24,656 nt of DNA, from NCBI GenBank assembly GCA_036679645.1, contig JAZDCY010000062.1:1-24656 (forward strand), read 5' to 3'. Both the position numbers and the translations under genes were made by a program. A model generated the notes under the pieces. It saw only the letters and a list, made by a program, of their open reading frames with translations. It ran no database searches and was not told the origin of the DNA. The stretch is from Gemmatimonadota bacterium. GTDB lineage: Bacteria > Gemmatimonadota > Gemmatimonadetes > Gemmatimonadales > GWC2-71-9. Every line of letters begins with the position of its first letter. Within the stretch, counting starts at the first letter, position 1. Shown piece by piece: positions 15,835 to 24,656 of this stretch.

Positions 15835-18592
15835 CAGCGGGCGCGAAGTCGATCTCGACCGTCGCGATCTCGTGGGGCCTGAGCGGGATCGCGACGGTTG
15901 ACGCATTCACGACCAACGATTCCTCGCGTTCCTCGAGAAGATTCGTCCGCCAGGCTGCCACTACCGGCAGGCCAAGCACGATGGGGACGTGGACGGATGC
16001 GTCATCGAGGTTGTTGAGCCGCACGATGAGCGTGTCGCGTTGCTCGTGTTTCTTGACGGCCGTAACGGCAACGCGGCGCTCCGCGACCTCCATCAGCGAC
16101 ATCCCACCGACCACATGGCCATCGGCGACTCCCTGCACCGCAACCGGCGGAACGCGCCACGCGGTGCTCCAACCTTTCACATCCGCCGAGATGTAGTCGC
16201 CGGCGTACGACATCACCGCGTACGCAAACACCCGCTCGCCGGAACACTGTGCATCGGGTGTGGGGATCATCGGTCCAGCGTTTCGGTACCGCCGGGTCGG
16301 GAAATCGTCGCGGGATAGCCAGCCGACTGCCCGCAACAGTGTCACGGCGAAGCCTGTCTGTCCGGTCGCCGACCGGAGCGGGGCGACCTCGTGCAGCCCA
16401 CGGTTCAGCACCGCCAACCCCACGCGCCCGTCCTCGACGAGGCTGAAATCCTGTTGGGGAGACGTCTCACCTGCCGGCTGTACCCACCCGTTGGCGTGCG
16501 AGCGGTGGACCGCGCGCCGCACGACCTCAAAGTGCCCGTCCGAGATGATCGCATCGGTGCCGAGCCTGGCGCGAAACTCCGCCCGCAACCGGTGGTCCCG
16601 AGCACGGTTGTCGAACGTCACGGCTACGTCTACGACGGGCGTGCCCTGCGTGACAGTTACCTGAACCCGCACGGGACAGACGACGGTATCGTCGGACCGT
16701 CTCATCCTGCTCTTCGAGATCTCGCGGGGGAGTTCAAGGCTGAATACGGACTCGACAGTGGCCTTGAGCGGTGTGGCGGCAACCGCCCTGACGGTTCCCT
16801 CAACGTCGTCACAACTCACCGATAACGGTTCGGGCGCCGGGGAGTAGTCATACTCGTCTCCAATGTCCTCCGAGTCCTCCAGCCGATTCAGACCGTGGTA
16901 CGCGACGGCGTTTGCCTTGTCTTCCAAATCGAACGTGCCGTTGGGATGGAGCACCACCTTCACGAACTCGTTCTCGATGGAGTTGCCCCCCGCCGCGACC
17001 GTTCCTGTAACCGGCGGCGGAGCCTGCCGCGCTTCACGGAGAGCGTAGATGCGGTGCCCCAACGATGGCAGATCGGCTAGCCATTGCACGATTACGTACT
17101 GGTCGACCGCATCGTGTTTGTCCGCGTTGGAGCCGAGTCGGTCCGGGAACGCAGCGCAATACGATGCGAACGCGGCCCGCTGACGGTCACCAAACAACTC
17201 GGTCCTATACTCCACCCCCCACGTCCGTTTCCCACGCTCGCTCGCGACGAGCACACATGTAACCGGCTCACCCCGATCGTCCACGAGTTCCAGACGCGAA
17301 GGATCGATGCCTGGCGACCGCAGCACGACGAGCCGCTCCATGACATCCACCCGGCTCCTGGGCAACGTGTTCGCGACACAGATAATCGTGTCCCGGTCGT
17401 CGTCGGCATGTGTCGCGAACGTCGGCGCCAATGCCGCCAGGTGCTCGGCGCACGCAGCCTCTGCGGTCTCGCTCACCGCTGCAAAGCGCGGTTCCATCTC
17501 CCGGTGCACGGCGTCGGTGCTGCACCCGCAGATGGAGTCGTGTGGGTGGTTCTGCAGCAACATCTTCCACGCGTAGTGGATCGCACCGGCAGGATAGGAA
17601 CGGCCATGCACGAAGTGCAGGTACGCCGAGAGCGGCTCGAAGTATCCAGACAGCAACGTCTGCGCGCGGTCATTCGCTTGTTTGAGGTAACTACGAGCGG
17701 ACCAGACGCCCGGAAGACTCAGTTGCCGCTTTCCACCCAGCAGTTCGCCCGCGTGCGTCATGGGGCTGTCGAGGGCAGCGCGCACAGCCGCTACGTACTC
17801 ACCCAAGCTGGCGTGAACGAATTCGGTGTCGGGAAACGCGGCACGTAAGGCGGCGAGGACATCTCCAAGGCGCGCCTGCGGGGGAAGGTGATCACAGCCG
17901 TTGCTGATGAGTGCCACGTCCGTATTCGACGCGGCCGACATCTCCGTCAGGATGTCGCCCACTTGGCGCACCGCCAGCTCGACGTCGATTTCGCGTTGCG
18001 TGGTGGCTTCCCACCCCTCGGCAAGTCCCATCGCGCCCGCGCGGCAGTATCCGCCCAACTGACTCACCGCGAGCACCGCACTCCCGTCCGGCGCCTCCCA
18101 CGTGTATTCCTGCCCGAGTTCGTCTATCGCGTCTCCGTCACCGCGAGAGTAGACGAAACAGTCAATACCAGCGCCGCGCAGGATCTGCGGCATTTGCGCG
18201 ATGTGTCCGAACGAATCAGGCAGATAGCCGACCTTCTGCACACCGCCAAAGCGTCCACCCACCTGGTGCCCAATGAGCAGATTCCGGACGTGCGCCTCCG
18301 CCGACACCAGGAATTCGTCGGGGAGAACGTACCACGGCCCGATGGCCAATTTTTGCGCTTCAACCAGGTTCCGGATGCGCCGTTCATCTTCCGGATGGAA
18401 CGAGAGATAGTCTTCAAGGATCACCGTTTGCCCGTCGAGCAGGAAGTGCTCGAAGGCGTCATCGTGCTCCAACGCGGTCAGGACACGACGCATGACGTCA
18501 ACGAGCCGCATCCGGAATGCGTGGCTCGTGCGGTACCACTCGCGATCCCAGTGGGTGTGGGACACGACAAAGGCGCGGGTTATCTTGCTCAC
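15824..18592 (-). CDS. GH38 alpha-mannosidase (MngB/mannosylglycerate hydrolase-like)
   Basis: GTG at 18592 overlaps upstream stop; SHTHWDREWY, LDGQ, GPWYVLPDE, GYLPDSFGH (nucleophile Asp), NGCDH, HPHDSICGCS, TLLRAVGWLSR. No signal peptide. Confidence 0.93.
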   Translation of the reverse strand: MSKITRAFVVSHTHWDREWYRTSHAFRMRLVDVMRRVLTALEHDDAFEHFLLDGQTVILEDYLSFHPEDERRIRNLVEAQKLAIGPWYVLPDEFLVSAEAHVRNLLIGHQVGGRFGGVQKVGYLPDSFGHIAQMPQILRGAGIDCFVYSRGDGDAIDELGQEYTWEAPDGSAVLAVSQLGGYCRAGAMGLAEGWEATTQREIDVELAVRQVGDILTEMSAASNTDVALISNGCDHLPPQARLGDVLAALRAAFPDTEFVHASLGEYVAAVRAALDSPMTHAGELLGGKRQLSLPGVWSARSYLKQANDRAQTLLSGYFEPLSAYLHFVHGRSYPAGAIHYAWKMLLQNHPHDSICGCSTDAVHREMEPRFAAVSETAEAACAEHLAALAPTFATHADDDRDTIICVANTLPRSRVDVMERLVVLRSPGIDPSRLELVDDRGEPVTCVLVASERGKRTWGVEYRTELFGDRQRAAFASYCAAFPDRLGSNADKHDAVDQYVIVQWLADLPSLGHRIYALREARQAPPPVTGTVAAGGNSIENEFVKVVLHPNGTFDLEDKANAVAYHGLNRLEDSEDIGDEYDYSPAPEPLSVSCDDVEGTVRAVAATPLKATVESVFSLELPREISKSRMRRSDDTVVCPVRVQVTVTQGTPVVDVAVTFDNRARDHRLRAEFRARLGTDAIISDGHFEVVRRAVHRSHANGWVQPAGETSPQQDFSLVEDGRVGLAVLNRGLHEVAPLRSATGQTGFAVTLLRAVGWLSRDDFPTRRYRNAGPMIPTPDAQCSGERVFAYAVMSYAGDYISADVKGWSTAWRVPPVAVQGVADGHVVGGMSLMEVAERRVAVTAVKKHEQRDTLIVRLNNLDDASVHVPIVLGLPVVAAWRTNLLEEREESLVVNASTVAIPLRPHEIATVEIDFAPAATP

Positions 18593-19713
18593 CGAACCCG
18601 CCCGTCGGTAGTAATCGTGAGCGTGTCCCTCCCACGGATCATGAGCGCCTCGAACGACGTCGGCGTCACGGCAACGCGGAGCGGCCATGGCATGCCGATG
18701 AGAGGCGCGGCGGCGAGACCGAGTTCGCGCACGTTGGCGGTGTAGCGTCCCTGCCGCTCCCACATCGTCCGTTCCATGTAGTAAACCTGCCGAAGAATCC
18801 ACTTGTCCCTGTCGCGCGGATTCGGTTCGAAGCGCCGCACACGTTCACCGACGTGGTCGATGGCGAACTGCACGATCCCCCACATTTCCGGGTAGTGCAT
18901 GTTGACCAATCCTTGGGGAGACCAGACCCAATTATCCTCCGCGATCGCGTCACCGGAAGCGTCGACGCGCTTCACGTAAGCCCCCGCCGACACCTCGAGG
19001 TGCCACTGGACCCGCGAGAAGTTGACGCGCCACTGGTCGCCCGCTCCGGGAGGAACGCTGCGGTGCGCGGTCTCGCGCAGCGCCGACCACGGGATCGCGA
19101 CCTCGACCGACCACCCGCTGTCCCGATCCTCCGTCTGATTGACGGTGCCGTTCCGGTGAACGGCGGAGCGCAGCCCGTCTATGTCCCAGTCATGGACCGC
19201 CGGCCCACCATCGCGGTAGGGCCGCACGAGGAAGAGATCCCACACCGTGCCAAAAGCGTTGATTCCCAGCTCGTGGTACTCATGTGTGTCACCGTCCGGA
19301 TCGACAAAGATCTCGAAATCGTTGTCCCGGTAGATCACGGCATCCCGTTCGGTGAGCGTGGCCCACAGTTCCGGTTCCTCCAGCTCTGCCGCTATATAGA
19401 AGAAAAGAGAATCCCACAGCATCTTGGCACGCGTGCCGAGCCGTGGCGCAGGATGCGAGGAGCCGCGTATATCAACGAAATCCGCCGTCCAACGAGCCCG
19501 GTCCCAGCTCGGTTCGTCGAGCTGCCCGTCGATCACGAGGGTGTCGAGAGGGCGGTATGCAACGTACGTCTCTGGATCGAACGGGATAGCCGGCGTGGGG
19601 AACGCCAGTTCGTCAGGCGGCGGCGAGGCGGGCCGGCAGCCGCCGGCCAAGATCGCGCTCGCAAGCGTGAAGATCCCCACAAGCCCGCGGACCGCCGAGT
19701 TGGGCAACCTCAC
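18589..19713 (-). CDS. Carbohydrate-binding family 9-like (DOMON superfamily) protein, probable lipoprotein
   Basis: IDGQLDEPSW, T.AKMLWD..FYIAA, DNDFEIFVDP, WSVEVAIPW, WRVNFSRVQW, WVWSPQG..MHYPE.WG; signal ending LAGG-C if started at GTG 19713 (start uncertain). Confidence 0.82.
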   Translation of the reverse strand: MRLPNSAVRGLVGIFTLASAILAGGCRPASPPPDELAFPTPAIPFDPETYVAYRPLDTLVIDGQLDEPSWDRARWTADFVDIRGSSHPAPRLGTRAKMLWDSLFFYIAAELEEPELWATLTERDAVIYRDNDFEIFVDPDGDTHEYHELGINAFGTVWDLFLVRPYRDGGPAVHDWDIDGLRSAVHRNGTVNQTEDRDSGWSVEVAIPWSALRETAHRSVPPGAGDQWRVNFSRVQWHLEVSAGAYVKRVDASGDAIAEDNWVWSPQGLVNMHYPEMWGIVQFAIDHVGERVRRFEPNPRDRDKWILRQVYYMERTMWERQGRYTANVRELGLAAAPLIGMPWPLRVAVTPTSFEALMIRGRDTLTITTDGRVR

Positions 19714-19798
19714 GGATCCGCTACGACATCGGGGCCGACCTGGATGCAAGTACACCACGCGCCGGTGTACGGCACGCTATGGTTGCGCGCGTCGTCGG

Positions 19799-20413
19799 CT
19801 ACGATTCCGAGATGCTCTGGAGATAGAAGACCAGATCGGCAACGCGATCCTGCAGCAGCGTTTCGCCGAGAAGGTCCTCCATGTGCCCACTCATGCGCAA
19901 CACGACTCCTGCCCAGTCGTCTGGGGAGTGGTTCGCCGGATCCGGCAACGCGTGGCACCGACTGCACGTTGCGACGAACTCGTCGCGGCCGCGGCCGTCG
20001 GGCAGCATTGCGGTGCTGACCTTGAGCGCGTTGTCGAGTACGTAGTTCAAGATCACTATGCGTTGCGCGGCGTCCGGCGCGGCGATAGCAGCGCTCTCGC
20101 TCACCCGGTCGCTGCGAAGCCACATCCGCCGTAGCACTGAGGGCCAGTCCGCGGCGGCGTGGGTAGACGGCTGTGGAACGCCGTGGCATAGCCCACAATA
20201 CCGCACAACGAGCTCCGCCCCAAGGGAATCTGGCTGTGGCAGGTCGGCCTGCGTCACGCCGCCCGGTGGCATACCGGCCTGAATGGACGCGAGGAGCACA
20301 CTGTTCGGCACCGGCCCCTCGGGACTTCGAGCCGGACGATCTCCTGATTCTTGCTCTGGAGTACACGCGCCGATCTCCAGCGCTACCGCACACAGGATCA
20401 CGCGACCGATCAT
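19799..20413 (-). CDS. Diheme cytochrome c, probable lipoprotein
   Basis: CGLCH and CSRCH, each followed by P...H....W..V..RM; signal MIGRVILCAVALEIGA-C. Confidence 0.85.
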   Translation of the reverse strand: MIGRVILCAVALEIGACTPEQESGDRPARSPEGPVPNSVLLASIQAGMPPGGVTQADLPQPDSLGAELVVRYCGLCHGVPQPSTHAAADWPSVLRRMWLRSDRVSESAAIAAPDAAQRIVILNYVLDNALKVSTAMLPDGRGRDEFVATCSRCHALPDPANHSPDDWAGVVLRMSGHMEDLLGETLLQDRVADLVFYLQSISES

Positions 20414-20506
20414 GTCCCGAAACCGCCTGCTGCAACTCGATTGGCCTACCGACACGGCGCCCCCCGTCGCTTGAAGGTGTCGCACGTATTCCGGAATACC
20501 ATTTTC

Positions 20507-20549
20507 AAGTTACGGGCTCAGCGTGAAGGGGGCGTGAAACGTCAGTGAA
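20507..20549 (-). promoter_or_regulatory. Three 11-bp-phased TTCAC boxes plus -10 TAACTT (OmpR/PhoB-type promoter) upstream of the diheme cytochrome
   Basis: GTGAA on + at 20523, 20534, 20545; AAGTTA at 20507-20512, 10 bp from the nearest box. Confidence 0.55.
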
Positions 20550-20795
20550 ATTCCTGAGTGGTCACTGTCTATAGAAAGAACTTTCATTCGACGGGCACGG
20601 ACAGGGCAGCATCGATACGCTGTTTCCAACCTTCATACTGGGACGTGTCGGTGCTCGGACGTACGCGAACATCCAACAGTTTAGATGGATCGCCCGCCGA
20701 AAAACCACCTGGCCCACGCTAAGCGACGAGGGCGTCGCCCCTCTCTTGACCCTATCACGGACCGTTGCCGGGATCGGTGGCGGCAGCTCTGTGTG

Positions 20796-20850
20796 ACCAC
20801 CAATTCCTAACCGTGCTTTCACGCTGCGTTCATCGATCAACGTTTACCGT
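20796..20850 (+). promoter_or_regulatory. 11-bp-phased TTCAC-like boxes plus -10-like TACCGT upstream of the Qrc-like operon
   Basis: ACCAC 20796, CTAAC 20807, TTCAC 20818, TTCAT 20829; TACCGT at 20845. Confidence 0.4.
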
Positions 20851-20936
20851 GCAGCCGCATCGGCCCGCAACCGCATCGGGCACGGCGTGCACATCGCGGT
20901 CGTCTGTTCAACTCCCTCTATCCCACGGGAGATCTG

Positions 20937-21458
20937 GTGCCTGTCGGAAACCAGAAGTGGTGGTACGTGGGAGGTGTGGCAGTTGCCGTTTTGATGGCAG
21001 CGGGAGGTCTTGGTGCGCTGGTCAGATCCAACCCTCCTGTCGGCCAGCCGATAGCTTTCAATCATCGAAAGCACACCGAGGACCTGAGCCTCCCCTGTAC
21101 GTTCTGTCACAAGTACGTGCTCACCGGAGCGCACGCTGGCCTGCCAGACGCCTCCACCTGCTCCACCTGTCACCGCACGGCCCAAGGCCCGTCCGAAGAA
21201 GCAGCGCGAGTTACCCAGCTAATCGACGCCGGCGATCCGATCGTATTCAACAAGCTCTTTCGCCTGCCGGACCACGTCTTCTACACGCATCGCCGGCACG
21301 TCGGTATCGGCGAGCTCGAGTGCACCAACTGTCACGGCGCAATCGCGCAGACTGAGCGCCCCCCTGACCGGCCGCTCGTACGCATCACCATGCAGTTCTG
21401 CACGGACTGCCATCGGGAGCGGGATCAGTCGACCGACTGTACCGCCTGCCATCGGTAG
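20937..21458 (+). CDS. Membrane-anchored pentaheme cytochrome c (QrcA/ActA-like)
   Basis: N-terminal TM; QPIAFNH.KH; CTFCH, CSTCH, CTNCH, MQFCTDCH, CTACH; LPDHVFY.H.RH. Confidence 0.92.
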   Translation: MPVGNQKWWYVGGVAVAVLMAAGGLGALVRSNPPVGQPIAFNHRKHTEDLSLPCTFCHKYVLTGAHAGLPDASTCSTCHRTAQGPSEEAARVTQLIDAGDPIVFNKLFRLPDHVFYTHRRHVGIGELECTNCHGAIAQTERPPDRPLVRITMQFCTDCHRERDQSTDCTACHR

Positions 21459-21470
21459 AGGAAGGGACGG

Positions 21471-23834
21471 ATGAAACCGACTCGCCGGGAATTCCTGTGG
21501 ACGCTGGGGGCCGCCGGCAGCACGTTGATGCTGCAGGAGTCACGGGATGTGTTCTGGGCGCCTGAAGAGAAGCCCGACCTCGGGTGGTCACCTGGCATCG
21601 AAAGCGTCCGCAACTCCACCTGTCTCATCTGCCCCGGCCGGTGCGGCGTGCGCGGTCGACTTGTGGACGGGCGACTTGTCCGCCTCACAGGGAACACACG
21701 ACACCCGATGAGTCGGGGCGGCCTCTGCCCGCGCGGCGTGGCTGGGGTCCAGGTGACCTACCATCCCGAACGCCTTGCGGGGCCACTGGTCCGCAGCGGC
21801 GAGCGCGGTGCCGGCAAATGGCAACCAGTCTCCCGCGCCGAGGCTCTGGGGCAGATCGTTGAGCGACTGCAGTCGCTACGAACCAACGGGCAACCGGAAC
21901 GCCTGGCCGTGCTCGCCGGGTATTGTGCCGGCTCGATGCGAGACCTCTGGGGGCAATTCCTCCGTGCCTTCGGGACGCCGAACTACATCGCCGACGACTA
22001 TGATGACGGCACGGAAGCCATCATGTCGCTCATGCACGGCTTCGAGCGGCGACCCGGCTACGATCTCGCCCAATCACGCCTCGTATTGTCTTTCGGGGCC
22101 CCGCTGTTCGAGTCCTGGTGGTCGCCGCTCCAGGCGTTCGTTGCGTACGGTCGCGCGGACGGTGAGGACAGTGACCGGCCACGCTTCGTCCAAGTGGATA
22201 CCCGCTTCTCGCGCACGGCTGCGAGGGCGCAGGAGTGGGTCGGCATCAAGGCTGGCACGCACGCAGCGCTCGCTTTGGGAATTGCATACGTGCTCATCCG
22301 TGACGGGCTGATCGACGAAAGATTTCTCGCACGACACGTCAACGGGTTCGAGGACTTCACCGATCGCCACGGCCGCCGCCGAGAGGGATACCGGTCGCTG
22401 GTCATGCGCAACTATCGAACCGAAGAGGTGTCTCGGACCACGGGCGTTTCCGTTGAGCGAATCACGGCGCTCGCCCGCAGCTTTGCGCGGAACGCACCCG
22501 CCGTCGCGGTGCTCGGTTCCGACGTCATGCTGTCATCTAACGGACTCTTGGCAGGCCTCGCCGTGCACAGCCTCAACGTGCTGACGGGCAACATCGGTCA
22601 GCCCGGCGGTGTGCTCGTAGGCGCATCACCTCCCCTCGCGCCGCTCCCGGAGGTTATCGAAGACGCCATCAGCACGGCGGGACAAGCACACGACCCTGTT
22701 TCGGGCACGCCGCCGCTGTTTGCAAACGGGGACCCCGCGAGCCGATTCGCGCATGCGGTCGCCGCCGGCTCAACGCAGCCGATCGACGTGCTCCTCACGT
22801 ACTACGCGAATCCGCTCGCGTCGTCGGTCCATCCCGATGTGTGGCGCGACGCCATTGATCGGATCCCGTTCATCGTGAGCTTCTCACCTTTCCTCGATGA
22901 AACCACGCGCCACGCCGACGTTATTCTGCCAGATCTTCTGCCATACGAGCGTTGGCAGGACGCACCGACGCCACCCTCGTACCCGTTTGCCGTATGGGGA
23001 ATGACACAACCGCTCGTCGAACCACCCGGAGGTGGGACCCACACAGGCGACGCCGTGCTTGCGCTTGCCACGGAGTTGGGGGGCAGCATCGCGCAGAGTC
23101 TCCCCTATGAGAGTTTCCAGGCCTTACTGAGGGCCCGCGCGCGGGGCCTGTTTGCCGCTGGTCGCGGCGTCACCTTCGGAACCGAGTTCGAGCGCAGTCA
23201 TCATCTACAGATGGAAAGCCGCGGGTGGTGGTTGGCAGAGCACGAAGACTTCGAGTCGTTCTGGGACGGGCTCGTGACGAACGGCGGATGGATGGACCTC
23301 TTCTACGACCACATGGATCCCGTGAACATATCCCAAGCGCCAAGCGGTCGCGTCGAACTGATGCCGCCCGCCCTCCTACGGGCGCTCGAAGAACGTAATA
23401 GGGGCGATGCCCTCTACGTCGAGGTCACGGCAGGCGACCATGCGGCGCCAACAGACTTTCCGCTGCGGCTCATTCCGTATCGTCTCTCCACGCTCGCATC
23501 TGGCACGCTGACCCTCGCGCGGTGGCTCGCCGAACAACCGACGATCTTCCCGGACGTTCAGTGGACGCCGTGGATCGAGGTCAATCCGAACACGGCGCGG
23601 CATCTTGGGCTCAGTGACAATACGATGGTGTGGGTCGTCTCCGAGCGGGGGCGCCTACGAGCGCGCCTGAACGTATTTCCCGGTGCCGCCAACGACACGG
23701 TGTGCATGCCGTACGGTCAACGGCACCCTGAAGGGGAGGGCGCCAATCCTCTTCAACTCACGGACGGGTCACACGATCCCCTAACCGGGCTGCCCGCCTG
23801 GTTCAGCTCGTTCGTACGTCTCGAGCGGGCATGA
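21471..23834 (+). CDS. Molybdopterin oxidoreductase-family subunit (QrcB/ActB1/PsrA-like), Tat-exported
   Basis: TRREFL Tat motif; CLICPGRC..GGLCPRG FS0 motif; DTRFSRTA, DETTRHADVILPD..YERW; C-terminal WIEVNP..A..LGL domain. Confidence 0.9.
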   Translation: MKPTRREFLWTLGAAGSTLMLQESRDVFWAPEEKPDLGWSPGIESVRNSTCLICPGRCGVRGRLVDGRLVRLTGNTRHPMSRGGLCPRGVAGVQVTYHPERLAGPLVRSGERGAGKWQPVSRAEALGQIVERLQSLRTNGQPERLAVLAGYCAGSMRDLWGQFLRAFGTPNYIADDYDDGTEAIMSLMHGFERRPGYDLAQSRLVLSFGAPLFESWWSPLQAFVAYGRADGEDSDRPRFVQVDTRFSRTAARAQEWVGIKAGTHAALALGIAYVLIRDGLIDERFLARHVNGFEDFTDRHGRRREGYRSLVMRNYRTEEVSRTTGVSVERITALARSFARNAPAVAVLGSDVMLSSNGLLAGLAVHSLNVLTGNIGQPGGVLVGASPPLAPLPEVIEDAISTAGQAHDPVSGTPPLFANGDPASRFAHAVAAGSTQPIDVLLTYYANPLASSVHPDVWRDAIDRIPFIVSFSPFLDETTRHADVILPDLLPYERWQDAPTPPSYPFAVWGMTQPLVEPPGGGTHTGDAVLALATELGGSIAQSLPYESFQALLRARARGLFAAGRGVTFGTEFERSHHLQMESRGWWLAEHEDFESFWDGLVTNGGWMDLFYDHMDPVNISQAPSGRVELMPPALLRALEERNRGDALYVEVTAGDHAAPTDFPLRLIPYRLSTLASGTLTLARWLAEQPTIFPDVQWTPWIEVNPNTARHLGLSDNTMVWVVSERGRLRARLNVFPGAANDTVCMPYGQRHPEGEGANPLQLTDGSHDPLTGLPAWFSSFVRLERA

Positions 23835-23847
23835 GGTCCCCAGGACG

Positions 23848-24494
23848 ATGACCCGCTGGGGAATGGTGATCGATCTCGACCGCTGTACCGGGTGCGCCGC
23901 CTGCGAGACGGCGTGCAAGAGCGAGAACAACATCGCGACCGTCGCCCCTGACCAGGCGGAGATGGGTCGGTCAATGAGTTGGATGAAGGTCATGGCGAAG
24001 GTCGAAGGCGATTTCCCTACCACCCAGATGCAATTCTATCCCCGCCCATGCATGCACTGCGACAACCCTCCCTGCATCAAGGTGTGCCCCGTGCGGGCAA
24101 CGTACATCGATGAGGAGGGAATCGTCGGTCAAATCTATGCTCGATGCATCGGGTGCCGGTATTGCGCAAACGCCTGTCCGTACATCGTGAAGTACTTCAA
24201 CTGGTACGGTCCCGAGTGGTCTGACAGCGAGCGACAGCACCTGAATCCCGATGTATCCGTGCGACCGAAGGGTGTGATCGAGAAGTGTACGTTCTGCCAT
24301 CATCGGTTGCAGAAGGCACGGGAACAGGTACGAGCCGAGAAGCGCGCAATGCGAGAGGACGACTACCAGCCTGCGTGCGCTGAGATCTGCCCCACCGGCG
24401 CAATCGTGTTCGGCGACCTGGACAACGTGCAACGCGACTAATGGAGGATCTGGGCACGGAGCCGAAGGTCTACTACCTGCAACCGAGAGAGTGA
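23848..24494 (+). CDS. 4x[4Fe-4S] electron-transfer subunit (QrcC/PsrB/NrfC-like), frameshifted near C-terminus
   Basis: 16 Cys in four motifs. ORF stops at 24441 after FGDLDN; the conserved tail RATRLMEDLGTEPKVYYLQPRE* is in another frame (24426-24494). Confidence 0.88.
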
Positions 24495-24497
24495 GAG

Positions 24498-24656
24498 ATG
24501 CGCGCTGAGGTTGCGGCGAAACTAGCAAGGATGTCAGACGACGAGCAGGCCCTGCTGCGCCCCCTTGTTGAGACGTCGCGTACCTTCTACGGCGTCGCGG
24601 CCGTATTCGGTGCCGTGGTGGCATGGGGCATCTTCGCCTACTACCTCCAATTACGT
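24498..24656 (+). CDS. NrfD/PsrC-family membrane subunit (QrcD/ActC-like), N-terminal fragment
   Basis: Not in ORF track. MRAEVAAKLARMSDDEQALLRPLVETSRTFYGVAAVFGAVVAWGIFAYYLQLR: LLRPL..TM..AY..QL start typical of NrfD family; position after the FeS subunit. Confidence 0.75.
   Translation, partial: MRAEVAAKLARMSDDEQALLRPLVETSRTFYGVAAVFGAVVAWGIFAYYLQLR

Noticed and set aside
18517..20019. 500-aa + strand ORF and other long antisense ORFs
   Set aside because: Opposite well-supported genes; Arg/Pro-rich shadow composition.
20746..20758. FNR box TTGAC-CCT-ATCAC
   Set aside because: Spacer is 3 bp instead of 4 and half-sites are imperfect.
20562..20840. 92-aa ORF in the divergent intergenic region
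   Set aside because: No family signal or clear RBS; overlaps promoter-like elements. Cannot be fully excluded.

Overview
High-GC bacterial chromosomal window; gene content and protein style suggest Gemmatimonadota (inference, not verified). Left to right: the 5' part of uvrA (-); a tightly coupled six-gene operon cutA / TPR protein / degenerate macrodomain / membrane-anchored transglutaminase-like protein / ABC ATPase / large ABC permease; an inverted array of 8-9 bp repeats; a minus-strand run (VOC, DUF2911, cobB sirtuin, ccmE-ccmF-ccmH-ccmI-like, unknown lipoprotein) divergent from a MarR gene; an orphan KamA-like radical SAM enzyme; a diheme cytochrome / CBM9-like lipoprotein / GH38 mannosidase run (-); and the start of a Qrc/ACIII-like respiratory operon (pentaheme cytochrome c, molybdopterin-family subunit, FeS subunit, NrfD). 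Best leads: (1) a variant cytochrome c maturation system pairing Cys-type CcmE with a Tat-signal, 5-Cys CcmH and a Zn-ribbon CcmI-like protein; (2) a KamA homolog whose lysine-recognition Asp residues appear replaced (Arg and Thr/Ser), suggesting a non-lysine, possibly acidic substrate; (3) the uncharacterised macrodomain-transglutaminase-ABC operon; (4) a Qrc-like complex that keeps the FS0 cysteines but lacks the Cys Mo ligand, with 11-bp-phased TTCAC boxes on both divergent promoters. Two apparent internal deletions (ccmF N-terminus, FeS subunit C-terminus) may be assembly artefacts. No rRNA, tRNA, CRISPR array or mobile element was seen. All homology calls are motif recognition by eye; no searches were run.
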